A stretch of DNA of 64,000 nt from Lentisphaerota bacterium (GCA_015061725.1 SUVX01000001.1:64940-128939), one strand, 5' to 3'. Positions 55,213 to 64,000 are shown, counted from the stretch's first letter. Numbers and translations are program-made. The notes: generated by a model from the sequence alone, not told the origin.

Positions 55213-57048
55213 TTACTTAAAAGTTAATCTGATATAACCCGAAGTGGCAAGATATTCGATTGCGTCAATCAGTTTTTTTAATTCGTCCTCAGAAACGGAA
55301 GAACAAATTTCATGTTCCGTCTTTCTGAAAATTGCCGCAAGGTCTCTTGAACCATCCATATTTGACAGTACCGCCGCAAGCGGACCGTACAGCACGCTTC
55401 CGGGCAGAAGAATACGTTTTTTGAACGGAACCTGTGCCAAATCAAACGGAAATCCGACCGTCAGACGCGCAGGAATCATTTTTTCAGCCCTGTCCCGTAA
55501 AGGTGAACGGGGAATTTTATCTGAAAGTTCGCCGGAAAGCGCCTCAAAAGTTTCTCTGACAGGCTGCCAGAGTTCTTCAATGTATTCCAGGGAAAAACAG
55601 CGGGAAAAGTTTTTCATATCCTGAAAAAGAATATCATAGCGGCAGGAAAGATGTTCTTTTTGAGAACCGACTGCACGGGCTGATTCTTTTTTCAAAACGT
55701 TCTGCGCCGTCACAACGGCCTGTTCCGTCATTTCTTTCTGCGGAGAAAGAAATGCACTTACAAGAGCAGTATTAACAGCACAGGCAAAACGCAGCGCATC
55801 TGTTTCGATGTAATCGCAACTCTGCAAAGAATTGTGGTAGATCCCCTCCCCCTCCCGGATGGGCCAGATTGTGGGAACACCGGTGGTACTGTCACTTAAA
55901 AAAGCATCATCATCATACATGCAGTTGAAAGCATCCAGGCATTTGATTTGAGGCGTTCCCTGAAAATCTGCAAAATCTTCCGCAAGTTTATGCAGCAGAA
56001 AGTTCCCGAAAAACGGCGTTCCGGCAGGAGCGCAGCGCAAGTTTATGTTCCAGTCATTCCGGATACGCATGGCATCGTAATCACAGGCTCCGATCACTTC
56101 GTCTGAAAGATTTCTGTCTCCGCGCAAAACAGCGTAAGCGGCAAAACCGTAATGTTCCAAACCGAAAAGCAGCCGCAGAGAAAACTCCGGCTGTCCTTCG
56201 GCAAGGATCAAACGCGCCGTTTCTACAGCACAGGCAACGCCGGAAGAGTTGTCGTTTGCCATCGGTTCATACAAATGGGCATAGATCCAGAACTCCTCTT
56301 TTCTTCTGCCGGGAATACAAGCCGTCACCAGATCAACAGTATCTTCAAACCGCCTGCCGTCAGACGACACATTCAGCAGGACTTCACCTTTTTCAACAGC
56401 CTTGCGGAGCGTTTTTCCGGTCGCAGGCGGAATGGAAAAAGCGATAAAATCCCGGTCATCGGCGTTGACATGCCAGTTATCGTGTTCAGTAAAAGCCGTA
56501 TTCCAGAGGATTCCTTCCGGGGCATCGTTGTAATTAAATGAAAAATCACTGACAATACCTCTTGCCCCCAAATCCAGCAAACGGGGAAGCTCCCGGCAGC
56601 GGCAGTCCTGAGCAACAGGAGAAAGCACCAGTGCGCCCGCAGGATCAGCACCGGATACAACCTGTTCATAACTTAAAAGCCGCATGATTTCGCCGCCGTG
56701 AAGAGTGGAACAACTGCCCTTTATCAGATAAAATGGATGTTTTCTGTAATCGGCAACAACTGTTCCCGATTCAATTCCAACAGCAGAGACAACAACAATT
56801 TTTCCCTCAGAAGCGGTCCATCCCAACGGAGAAATCTTATCCTGCCATACTGTTTTTCCATCGGCGGGAAAAGTCAGTTTTTCCACATTGGGGATACCGG
56901 CGTTGCGGAGCAGTTCAACCGCCTTATCTGCAGAAGCGTGGTAAGCCTCAAAAGTCTGCGGCAGTTCCAGTTTGAAAAGCTGCTCTGTACGGTCCAACAC
57001 CGCAGTCATATCGATCTGCGGCAAAAACTCCAAAACTTTCTTTTTCAT
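55213..57048 (-). CDS. DUF4910 / M28-aminopeptidase-like domain protein
   Basis: 611 aa. EPMANDNSSGVA block typical of the aminopeptidase-like DUF4910 family. The ATG overlaps the upstream stop (ATGA). Confidence 0.55.
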   Translation of the reverse strand: MKKKVLEFLPQIDMTAVLDRTEQLFKLELPQTFEAYHASADKAVELLRNAGIPNVEKLTFPADGKTVWQDKISPLGWTASEGKIVVVSAVGIESGTVVADYRKHPFYLIKGSCSTLHGGEIMRLLSYEQVVSGADPAGALVLSPVAQDCRCRELPRLLDLGARGIVSDFSFNYNDAPEGILWNTAFTEHDNWHVNADDRDFIAFSIPPATGKTLRKAVEKGEVLLNVSSDGRRFEDTVDLVTACIPGRRKEEFWIYAHLYEPMANDNSSGVACAVETARLILAEGQPEFSLRLLFGLEHYGFAAYAVLRGDRNLSDEVIGACDYDAMRIRNDWNINLRCAPAGTPFFGNFLLHKLAEDFADFQGTPQIKCLDAFNCMYDDDAFLSDSTTGVPTIWPIREGEGIYHNSLQSCDYIETDALRFACAVNTALVSAFLSPQKEMTEQAVVTAQNVLKKESARAVGSQKEHLSCRYDILFQDMKNFSRCFSLEYIEELWQPVRETFEALSGELSDKIPRSPLRDRAEKMIPARLTVGFPFDLAQVPFKKRILLPGSVLYGPLAAVLSNMDGSRDLAAIFRKTEHEICSSVSEDELKKLIDAIEYLATSGYIRLTFK

Positions 57049-58322
57049 AACAGCTCCTGCATTTCCAATTCTTTGTCTGCGGGGGGAACAATGGAAGGAG
57101 TCAGCATAGCTAAGCGTTCTTCAATAAATTCATCTCCGTCAGAGAGATCGTTTTTTGCAAAGAAATCCTGTAATTTCTGTTTGAAAATTTCAATATCCTT
57201 TGCCAGACGTTCAGCCTGATCGTAACAATCCGCTTTAAAAAGTCCCGGACGGCGTCCGATGTATTTGCGGACAGTATTCAGTCCGGCACTGCACTGAAAA
57301 ATCAATTTTCCCCGGATAAAAAGTTTGCGGTATTCTTCATCCAATGCCTGCCAGAGGCGGCTCTGTTCCGCAAATTTGTCTTCACTTTTCCGCGAGTTCC
57401 ACGTCGGACTTTTTGTTCCGGCAGCAGCAAAAGCATCAGCAAAACAGTGCCAGGGAGAATAGAGAATATTCAAACTTGAAGGACGTCCCCAGACGGTATT
57501 GAGCAGATTCAATCCCGTCTGCTGCCATTCGCGGATATTGGCAATGCGGTCAGAGATGCCCTTTTCATCATAAAGTCCGGAAAGGTAATCCGGAAACCAA
57601 CCGCAGCGGATAGCGGGACTGCCCCAAATCTCATACCCGGTGGCAAGCATTTCCTGCAATCCGGCGAAAGGGGCTTTTTCATGATAGCACCAGTTGACAA
57701 TAACCGTTCCGGCAGGCAAAGTCTTGATCGGCTCATAGCATTTGCGCGAAACGAACATATCAGACCAGATCATCGGCTGTTTTCCTGAAGCAATCACCTT
57801 TTCGCAGCAGTGTTTCAAGTGCCGCAAAAACACACTCATTTTCTGATCGGGCTGATTTTCTGAATATTTCAGACATTCGGGGCAGCTGCACAAGTGCCAG
57901 ACTTCATCCCCGCCCAGATGCAGATAGGGTGCATCCGGACAAAGGGACAGAGCCTCGTCGATCCAAGCGTCAATTTTTGCAACCGCCTCGGGATTGCATG
58001 GACAGATTTCATTGATAAAACCATTTTCCCGCAAGTGGGCATATTGTTCATGCTGAAGCGCCCATTCCAGATGCCCCAACGACTGGATAAGAAGAGAAAC
58101 TTCAAATCCAAGAGTTTTGGCAGTCTGAATAATATTTTCAACCTCCTGTTTATTGAAGTGGTCAAGAGTTGCCCCTTTCCAGGTCTGCCAGGCATATTTG
58201 CAATCAAGTTCAAGAATAAGTCCATCGTATCCCAATTTCGCAAAATGTTCCAGATATTCAGGAAAGGAGGCGGCAAACGGTGTTACGCCTTTAAAATCAA
58301 GATGAAGATAATTTTTTCTCAT
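57045..58322 (-). CDS. GH20-like TIM-barrel hydrolase (beta-N-acetylhexosaminidase-like), cytoplasmic
   Basis: 425 aa. LHLDFKG near the N-terminus and YLHLGGDEVW (the GH20 D-E catalytic pair context). No signal peptide. Confidence 0.6.
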   Translation of the reverse strand: MRKNYLHLDFKGVTPFAASFPEYLEHFAKLGYDGLILELDCKYAWQTWKGATLDHFNKQEVENIIQTAKTLGFEVSLLIQSLGHLEWALQHEQYAHLRENGFINEICPCNPEAVAKIDAWIDEALSLCPDAPYLHLGGDEVWHLCSCPECLKYSENQPDQKMSVFLRHLKHCCEKVIASGKQPMIWSDMFVSRKCYEPIKTLPAGTVIVNWCYHEKAPFAGLQEMLATGYEIWGSPAIRCGWFPDYLSGLYDEKGISDRIANIREWQQTGLNLLNTVWGRPSSLNILYSPWHCFADAFAAAGTKSPTWNSRKSEDKFAEQSRLWQALDEEYRKLFIRGKLIFQCSAGLNTVRKYIGRRPGLFKADCYDQAERLAKDIEIFKQKLQDFFAKNDLSDGDEFIEERLAMLTPSIVPPADKELEMQELL

Positions 58323-58330
58323 AATATATT

Positions 58331-61330
58331 TTATTTGTAATTTGGTGAATGGATAAATTCAATACCGTAAAGTTCTCCGGCAAAACGTTCATTTCCCCTG
58401 CCGCCGAAAGCAGAGGGTGTCAGCCAATAGCCCATTGCTTCAGCGGGAAACACAGCCTTTTTGCCTCCGGCTTCAAGCGTGGCAGTCCTTCCGTCCCAGC
58501 GGAGAATAAGTTTCTGCCGGACTCCCGGTTTGAGAGTCAGATTTGAACTGTATTTTTTCAGGGAGAAAAGAGGCGCACGATTCTTATGCGGTTCGCGGCA
58601 GTTGTATTCAAGGTGAAGTTTTCCTGCCGTCAGACGGATCATGAATCCCGTCAGATAAGAGTGGACGCTTCTTTGTTCAAAAATGATTTGATCCCGTTGG
58701 ATATCTGATATTTTCAAGTCAAAAACAAGTGTAAAACCATGCCGTTGGGGAACCGCCGTTTTCGGGAAATAGATACCATGATTATCTTTACCGTTAAAGA
58801 CCAGATATCTTTTTCCCCGGGGATCCGTGCGGAAAACGGGCATTGTTCCGGCTCCCTGCGCATAGACTCTTGGCATATTAAAAGCATTCAAAACACCTTC
58901 GAATCCGGTGGCTACTGAGAGAAAACCGCCGATATTGGCATAAAATTCTCTTCCGGAATCCGTGGGAAGAAGAGTTCCGAAATCCTTTTGGTTGAAATCG
59001 TAAACGATATGGGGGACCCGGGAACGGGGCAGCGTGAAATCAACCACGCCTCTTTTGCTGCTTAACACGGATACCGGGGTCTGTTTTCCTGAACTGTTCA
59101 ACGCATAGGCTCTGCTCCAATAGATTTTTCCGGATCGGGATACCATCCGCAACGAGGTGACAGCCACCGGAGAGTTAACAGGAAAAACAGCCGCAAATGC
59201 CACCTTTTTACTCTGAAGTTCCAACGCCATCACCGGCGGACGGGGATCTGCTTCAAGAGCAAACTGCACGCCTTCGGGCAGACTTTGGGAGGAAATTCCC
59301 GTTCTCAGGACTTTTTCAAGTTCAAAACGTAAAGAGAATTTTTCTCCCTTACGTTTACCGGTCAACCTTTTGCCGCTGATTTCAAGAACATTTCCGGGAA
59401 TTGCGGCACCGGGCAGAATAAAAAATTCATCCCTGCGGGAACTGCTGCTCATTTTGACCACACTGCTGCCGGATAATGGTGATAATTTTGCTTTCCGTGA
59501 CGGATCAGTGGAAAAGTCCAGTTTGAGCGCACCGGGCAGAGATATCTGCAACGCCAGCTGCGCCGGTGACGTTGTCCGCAAATACAGTTTGAACAGCCGG
59601 TTCATACCGTTGGACGTTTGACACTCATCTTTGGGATCATGAACAAAGATATCCTGACTGTCCTGCACGACCTCAGCTGAGATCAATTTATCGTCAAAAG
59701 TCATATCCGCTTCAATGCCCACTTCTCTGACACCGGGATAAAGCGGCATACCCTCTGTAAATTGAACACTTCCCTGAGCCGTCAGCAAGTTACGCAGCGG
59801 CGTGGAAAACCAGGTGTGATCTTCGGCTGTCGTTCCCCTGACAACCACCGGCGGCAGACCCTCAAAACTTTTCGAGTTCCCCTTTTGAGTGACAATGATC
59901 CGGGGCTGAAGAAAGAGAGAATCCGGATACTTTTCTGTCGGAATACACAGCGTTTGATCGTAACAGCGCCGGGCAGAAAAAGCCATATCTTTTGAACGGT
60001 AAACCGTTTTCCCCCGCTGGTCAAAAAGTTCCACAGCAACAGTGTAATCCTCAAAATTTCCATCAGGAACATTCAGCAGTTCCAGTTCCAGTTCTTCCCC
60101 GGCTCCGATTTGCCGACGGGTGCTGACGATCAGGTTAGGACGGGTAAGGTCATCCCCCGGCAGCGGAGCTGCTTTGCGTCCTTTCAGCAACCCCATGTAA
60201 TAGCGGAAAATGCGCTTGTATGCCATAGGTTTGGCAACGGTAGGTTCCAGATTGGTGTTTTCATTGTTCTCATCCCACTCAAAACCCTGAATCAGATCGA
60301 CTTTGTATTTACGGCAAAGTTCCAGATATCCCCGCAGGGTTTTGGTTCCATTTGCATAAACGGTCTGGGAACCGTTGCTGTTGGTGTAATTGCCGACAAC
60401 TTTGAGGGCAAGGATCTTTTTGCCGTTGAATTTCTTTTGTCCGCAGGCAGAAGCAAAAAGCGGCAGCAGCACTTCGTCAAAGTATTCATATGGCTGGTTT
60501 AAGTCCTGTTTACCCAGATAGACGCCGTATTCAACCCCGGCAGCATCTTCCAGATAGTCTGTGATATGGTCAAAATAACGCAGAAGATCCGTTGCCGCCA
60601 CCGCACGGAACCGCGCATAATCCGTATCCGGATACAGCCGGATGTTATTGCCGCTTAAATCTGCGATATAATAAAGATCATGTCCGCTGCGCTTTTTTAC
60701 GTTATCAAAAAAGGCTTTCAGTCCTTTGGGGTCCTTGTAGTTATCCGCGTAATAGGTCAAATAAACCGGTTTATTGTCAATTTTCCAGGTATGTTTCAGT
60801 TGAACAAGTCTTTTAAGCACACTGTCAGGCATCTGCCAGTAGGTTGAACTTTCCTGAGGAGAAACCGTCGGCAGGAGTTTGAATTCTTCAGGAGACAAGC
60901 CGCAAAGTCCGGCGGCATCCAGATGAATGTGTCCGGCGCTTTTGATCACAAAGATATTGCAGCCGTCAGCATCGTATTCTTTCATCAGACGATAAGAAAG
61001 CGCTCCGTTTTTCTCCCAGGATTTATTCAGAAAAAAATATTTGCGGTTGTTGATCAAAGCTCTGTCACGCCAGTATTTCGCCGTGAACCACAAACGGCTG
61101 CTCCGCCACAAAACCGTTTCAAAATAAAGCTGCGCCGGATACAAAACACTTTTACGTTTCAAGGCCTCCTGCTGCATGGCTTTGGCAAGTTCACGTCCCA
61201 GAGCATAATCTGCCTGAGAACGCTTCTGCACCTTGACTGCCAGCTGACGGAACCGGGCAAATGGCTTTTCCCCTGCCCCACTTTCTGAAAGCAAAAACAG
61301 CGCAAATAAAAATAAAAATAACTTTTTCAT
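58331..61330 (-). CDS. exported 999-aa protein with a C-terminal LamG/concanavalin-like domain, function unknown
   Basis: Signal peptide MKKLFLFLFALFLLSESGA. The C-terminal ~180 aa (YLVFNGKDNHGIYFP...GFTLVFDLK...AGKLHLEY...LILRWDG) look like Laminin_G_3. The start lies 3 nt after the DUF1559 stop. Confidence 0.6.
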   Translation of the reverse strand: MKKLFLFLFALFLLSESGAGEKPFARFRQLAVKVQKRSQADYALGRELAKAMQQEALKRKSVLYPAQLYFETVLWRSSRLWFTAKYWRDRALINNRKYFFLNKSWEKNGALSYRLMKEYDADGCNIFVIKSAGHIHLDAAGLCGLSPEEFKLLPTVSPQESSTYWQMPDSVLKRLVQLKHTWKIDNKPVYLTYYADNYKDPKGLKAFFDNVKKRSGHDLYYIADLSGNNIRLYPDTDYARFRAVAATDLLRYFDHITDYLEDAAGVEYGVYLGKQDLNQPYEYFDEVLLPLFASACGQKKFNGKKILALKVVGNYTNSNGSQTVYANGTKTLRGYLELCRKYKVDLIQGFEWDENNENTNLEPTVAKPMAYKRIFRYYMGLLKGRKAAPLPGDDLTRPNLIVSTRRQIGAGEELELELLNVPDGNFEDYTVAVELFDQRGKTVYRSKDMAFSARRCYDQTLCIPTEKYPDSLFLQPRIIVTQKGNSKSFEGLPPVVVRGTTAEDHTWFSTPLRNLLTAQGSVQFTEGMPLYPGVREVGIEADMTFDDKLISAEVVQDSQDIFVHDPKDECQTSNGMNRLFKLYLRTTSPAQLALQISLPGALKLDFSTDPSRKAKLSPLSGSSVVKMSSSSRRDEFFILPGAAIPGNVLEISGKRLTGKRKGEKFSLRFELEKVLRTGISSQSLPEGVQFALEADPRPPVMALELQSKKVAFAAVFPVNSPVAVTSLRMVSRSGKIYWSRAYALNSSGKQTPVSVLSSKRGVVDFTLPRSRVPHIVYDFNQKDFGTLLPTDSGREFYANIGGFLSVATGFEGVLNAFNMPRVYAQGAGTMPVFRTDPRGKRYLVFNGKDNHGIYFPKTAVPQRHGFTLVFDLKISDIQRDQIIFEQRSVHSYLTGFMIRLTAGKLHLEYNCREPHKNRAPLFSLKKYSSNLTLKPGVRQKLILRWDGRTATLEAGGKKAVFPAEAMGYWLTPSAFGGRGNERFAGELYGIEFIHSPNYK

Positions 61331-61332
61331 TT

Positions 61333-62073
61333 TTATTTCCCCAATGGTTTCCAGTTGACCGGCATTGTTGAGTGATTACCGAACCCGGCTGTTGTGTAGA
61401 CATCCGTCAAACCAACTCTCCGCTGCCCGGTGTGACCATCTGCATACAGGATATTTACTTCTCCGGAATGGCGGGCGTAGGGAACTCCCGAGGTGGACGT
61501 TGCCCCCGGCTTGGAAGAGTTGATATAATAATAGCCCCGCTGAAAGGACTGATTATCGTAATTGGAAGTAACCATAAGAAGTTTGGAAGCATATTTAAAG
61601 GAACTGACTTTCGGCAGTTGCTCATTCTGACCGCCGCCCAGCCAACGGTAATTGTATCCGTAGGGACTGTAAGCACTGACCGTCCATTCTTTGGCACTGT
61701 TCAAACTTAACGCAGGATTCGGCGCCCCGCCGGAATAAGTCGGACAATCCAGCGCTTTGTGGATCGTGTACTTGTAACGCAGCAGTCCCGTTCCCCAGGT
61801 CGTACTGGGTCCCAGAAAATCAAAGGGCATGCTCCAGTCATTAAAATCACGCTGGTACATCTGTACCGCCAGCCCCAGTTGCTTCATGTTGCTGATACAA
61901 GATGCCGTCCGTCCACGCTCCCGCGCCTGCTGCAGCGCTGGCATCAACATCGCCGCAAGAATGGCAATAATTGCAATAACAACCAGCAACTCAATCAGCG
62001 TGAACGCTGATTGAATGAAGCACTTTGTGTCTTGCACGCCTCTGCGTGTCAAGCACACAAAAGTATGAAGCAT
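61333..62073 (-). CDS. DUF1559-type protein with a prepilin-like N-terminus (conservative start; the frame stays open up to ATG 62484)
   Basis: ...[38 protein letters not shown], with a C-terminal ADGH motif. ATG at 62073 has GGAG 4 nt upstream. The 383-aa ORF-track model adds 137 atypical residues. Confidence 0.75.
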   Translation of the reverse strand: MLHTFVCLTRRGVQDTKCFIQSAFTLIELLVVIAIIAILAAMLMPALQQARERGRTASCISNMKQLGLAVQMYQRDFNDWSMPFDFLGPSTTWGTGLLRYKYTIHKALDCPTYSGGAPNPALSLNSAKEWTVSAYSPYGYNYRWLGGGQNEQLPKVSSFKYASKLLMVTSNYDNQSFQRGYYYINSSKPGATSTSGVPYARHSGEVNILYADGHTGQRRVGLTDVYTTAGFGNHSTMPVNWKPLGK

Positions 62074-62173
62074 TTTTCTCCGGCAAATATGAAGCGCGCC
62101 TCCGGTGCATGAAGCGCTTGCTTTGCAAGCATTATATTGTTCCGGATAAGCCGTATTCTGCGGCGCACCGATA

Positions 62174-62212
62174 TCCGTTTTTGTCCGTTTTTGTCCGTTT
62201 TTGTCCGTTTTT
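62174..62212. repeat. tandem 10-bp repeat (TCCGTTTTTG, about 3.9 copies), i.e. helically phased T5 tracts
   Basis: The sequence reads tccgtttttg tccgtttttg tccgtttttg tccgttttt directly. Confidence 0.9.
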
Positions 62213-62487
62213 AACGCGCCGCCCCACAAAGACAGCGTACTGCTGCGGTTATACAAAACTCCTGTTTTACAGGCAACATTTACCAGCAGTTCTATGAGAA
62301 TAAAGGCGTTTTCCTCTCTCCCCGCCCCCCTCTTGCCCTTCAAAAAAAGCGGAGTATTTTGTTGTTGGGTGAAACAAGCTGTATTCTGCGGCTTGTCACT
62401 GCGAAGTCCAGCAAGGGCGAAAACGGACGCACAAGAATCCATACTTTTTTTGAGATGATGTAACAGTAACTGTAAATTGTTCATTTT

Positions 62488-63519
62488 TTATCCTTTTTTA
62501 AGTTTTGAAAGAACAAATTTTGTTTTGATCGGAACCAGCAGGCGCAAACGCTCCAATCCCGGATTATTCATGACTGCGGCAAGCCTTTTGGCGGCAAGAT
62601 AACCGATGCGTTCCTGATCGCAGTAGAAAAAGTCTGTTTCCGGATTTTCAGTCAGCAAAAGTGCGCCGATGGAAATGACAGGAGAGCCTCTGAAAACAGC
62701 AGGGTTCTGCCCGGAACAATCAACAGTAAGGGTACAGCCGGATTTTTCCCGCAATCCGGCAAGTTTTTTCTGCAGTGCTGCCGGATCGGCAAGTTTCTCT
62801 TCTGTATACACATACTTTTTTACAGAAAGTCCGGACTCAAAAGCCTGATCCATGAATCCGGCGATCCGACGGCGGAAACTCGGCTGAAGATACTTTTCAT
62901 CATCATAACGCAGAACCGTCAGAAGAATATTTTTATGTCCCAGCTGCGCCGCACGCAACGCGGCACTGCTTCCGGCACCGAAATCATCCCAGCAGACCAT
63001 ATCCACATGCGCTGCCGGAATCAGAGAAAGAGCAACAACAGGAATACCTTTTGAACGGACTTCCGGCAAATGCTCCAATAAATCTTTCCCCCCCATGATA
63101 ACGCCGTCAACAAATGCCGGAATCCCATTTTGAAGATAGTTGTATTCGGACTGCACCATCAGCGAAAATCCATGCGAATTGGCGAAGGTCTCCACCCCGA
63201 GATAAGTCATACCTTCTTTGGCGGATTGTTCTGTCCTTTTATCGGCAAGACTTGAAAAGTAAACATACAAAATCGTTTTTTTCTGATTGCTGTTTTTCTG
63301 CCGTTCAGGAAGAGGGATATTTTTGACAACAGTTCCGCATCTGCCATTCCGTTCAAGCACACCTTCTTCAACAAGGCGCTGAAGCGCAGAGCGGATGGTA
63401 ACTCTTGATACACCGAATATCTGCGTTAATTCCCTTTCCGGCGGAATGGTTCCGTGAAGCGGATATTCTCCGGACATGATCTTATAGCGTATTTCCTGAC
63501 TGACCTGTTTGTTTTTCAT
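62488..63519 (-). CDS. GntR-type wHTH + periplasmic-binding-protein (LacI-like sugar-binding) domain regulator
   Basis: 343 aa. PPERELTQIFGVSRVTIRSALQRLVEEGVLER, then a PBP type-1-like domain. Confidence 0.85.
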   Translation of the reverse strand: MKNKQVSQEIRYKIMSGEYPLHGTIPPERELTQIFGVSRVTIRSALQRLVEEGVLERNGRCGTVVKNIPLPERQKNSNQKKTILYVYFSSLADKRTEQSAKEGMTYLGVETFANSHGFSLMVQSEYNYLQNGIPAFVDGVIMGGKDLLEHLPEVRSKGIPVVALSLIPAAHVDMVCWDDFGAGSSAALRAAQLGHKNILLTVLRYDDEKYLQPSFRRRIAGFMDQAFESGLSVKKYVYTEEKLADPAALQKKLAGLREKSGCTLTVDCSGQNPAVFRGSPVISIGALLLTENPETDFFYCDQERIGYLAAKRLAAVMNNPGLERLRLLVPIKTKFVLSKLKKG

Positions 63520-63613
63520 GGTACTGTTTTGGTATTATCTCTTTGATTTTCAATACGATACAATACCACAGCAAAAATAAAAAGTCAAGTCTTGCAGAAG
63601 AAAAAAAATCACT

Positions 63614-64000
63614 TCAGAATCCGAAAAATTGCTTGAGGATCTCTGTCAGATGTGATTGATTTTTTACAACTGTTTTTTCAATATCGTCTTTGCTTTTTCT
63701 GATACAGAAGTTGAACGGAACGCCCGGCTGTTGGAGATCTTCGATATAATATTGCACATCTTCACTCTGGCGGTGCATGAAAAACTTTTTTCTGAAAACG
63801 GAATCCGGACAAGATGCACAATAAAAGTTTGCATATTCAAAGTCCTGCGGATAATGGGGATCAAGCGTAAAAGAGTAGTAAGGCACCCACGCATTTCCTG
63901 ATTTTGCCTCAAGCAGAATGCCCAGTTTTTCATCGCGTACAAAGCGGTAATCGCGCACCCGGCGGGATTGGATTTTATCAAATTCAAAATCAAAGGGAAT
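63614..64000 (-). CDS. arylamine N-acetyltransferase (NAT) family protein, C-terminal part (5' end lies outside the window)
   Basis: The frame is open to the window edge. IPFDFEFDKIQSRRVRDYRFVRDEKLGILLEAKSGNAWVPYYSFTLDPHYPQDFEYANFYCASCPDSVF resembles the NAT third domain. Confidence 0.6.
   Translation of the reverse strand: MPFDFEFDKIQSRRVRDYRFVRDEKLGILLEAKSGNAWVPYYSFTLDPHYPQDFEYANFYCASCPDSVFRKKFFMHRQSEDVQYYIEDLQQPGVPFNFCIRKSKDDIEKTVVKNQSHLTEILKQFFGF

Noticed and set aside
62174-62212. Possible CRISPR array or minisatellite
   Set aside because: The unit is only 10 bp with no spacers, and there are no cas genes in the window. It is a simple tandem repeat.

Overview
Dense chromosomal window with about 50 protein genes and one tRNA. 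I found no rRNA, CRISPR array, transposase or integrase. The gene content suggests an anaerobic, glycan-degrading member of the PVC superphylum (Lentisphaerota/Victivallales-like or Kiritimatiellota-like). This is inference only, based on two DUF1559-type pseudopilin-like proteins ([25 protein letters not shown]), many exported glycan-active enzymes, a glycyl-radical enzyme, FeoAB and a mini 2x[4Fe-4S] ferredoxin. Housekeeping content: araB 3' end, feoAB, hflX, holB-tmk, an AICARFT-only purH-like gene, a SpoU/TrmH methyltransferase, a WecA/MraY-like transferase, tRNA-Glu(CUC), and a tightly packed plus-strand operon (topA, AsmA-like, UAP1-like, FtsW/RodA-like, membrane protein, secreted nuclease). 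Accessory regions worth follow-up: (1) A short PFL2-class glycyl-radical enzyme plus activase sits inside a glycoside-hydrolase locus (GH78, GH2, a 987-aa CBM-bearing exported protein) headed by an AraC regulator and a DUF1559 pseudopilin-like gene. (2) A second locus has the same head architecture: regulator, then DUF1559, then a ~1000-aa exported protein, then enzymes (GH20-like, DUF4910/M28-like, SGNH). Its DUF1559 gene is preceded by a 414-nt stop-free leader holding a fossil second prepilin-like segment, a phased 10-bp T-tract repeat and a 16-bp-stem palindrome. (3) A capA-like / Glu-racemase-like / ATP-grasp / C26 gamma-glutamyl-hydrolase-like operon with a divergent LysR gene and no capB/capC. 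(4) A ~1200-aa HExxH + beta-helix-repeat + RTX protein gene carries a frameshift and is bracketed by ~245-bp direct repeats (~92% identity) of the 3' end of the upstream nuclease gene. (5) A 1639-aa TPR/coiled-coil/TPR exported protein is translationally coupled to hflX. All family calls come from motif recognition by eye; no database search was run.
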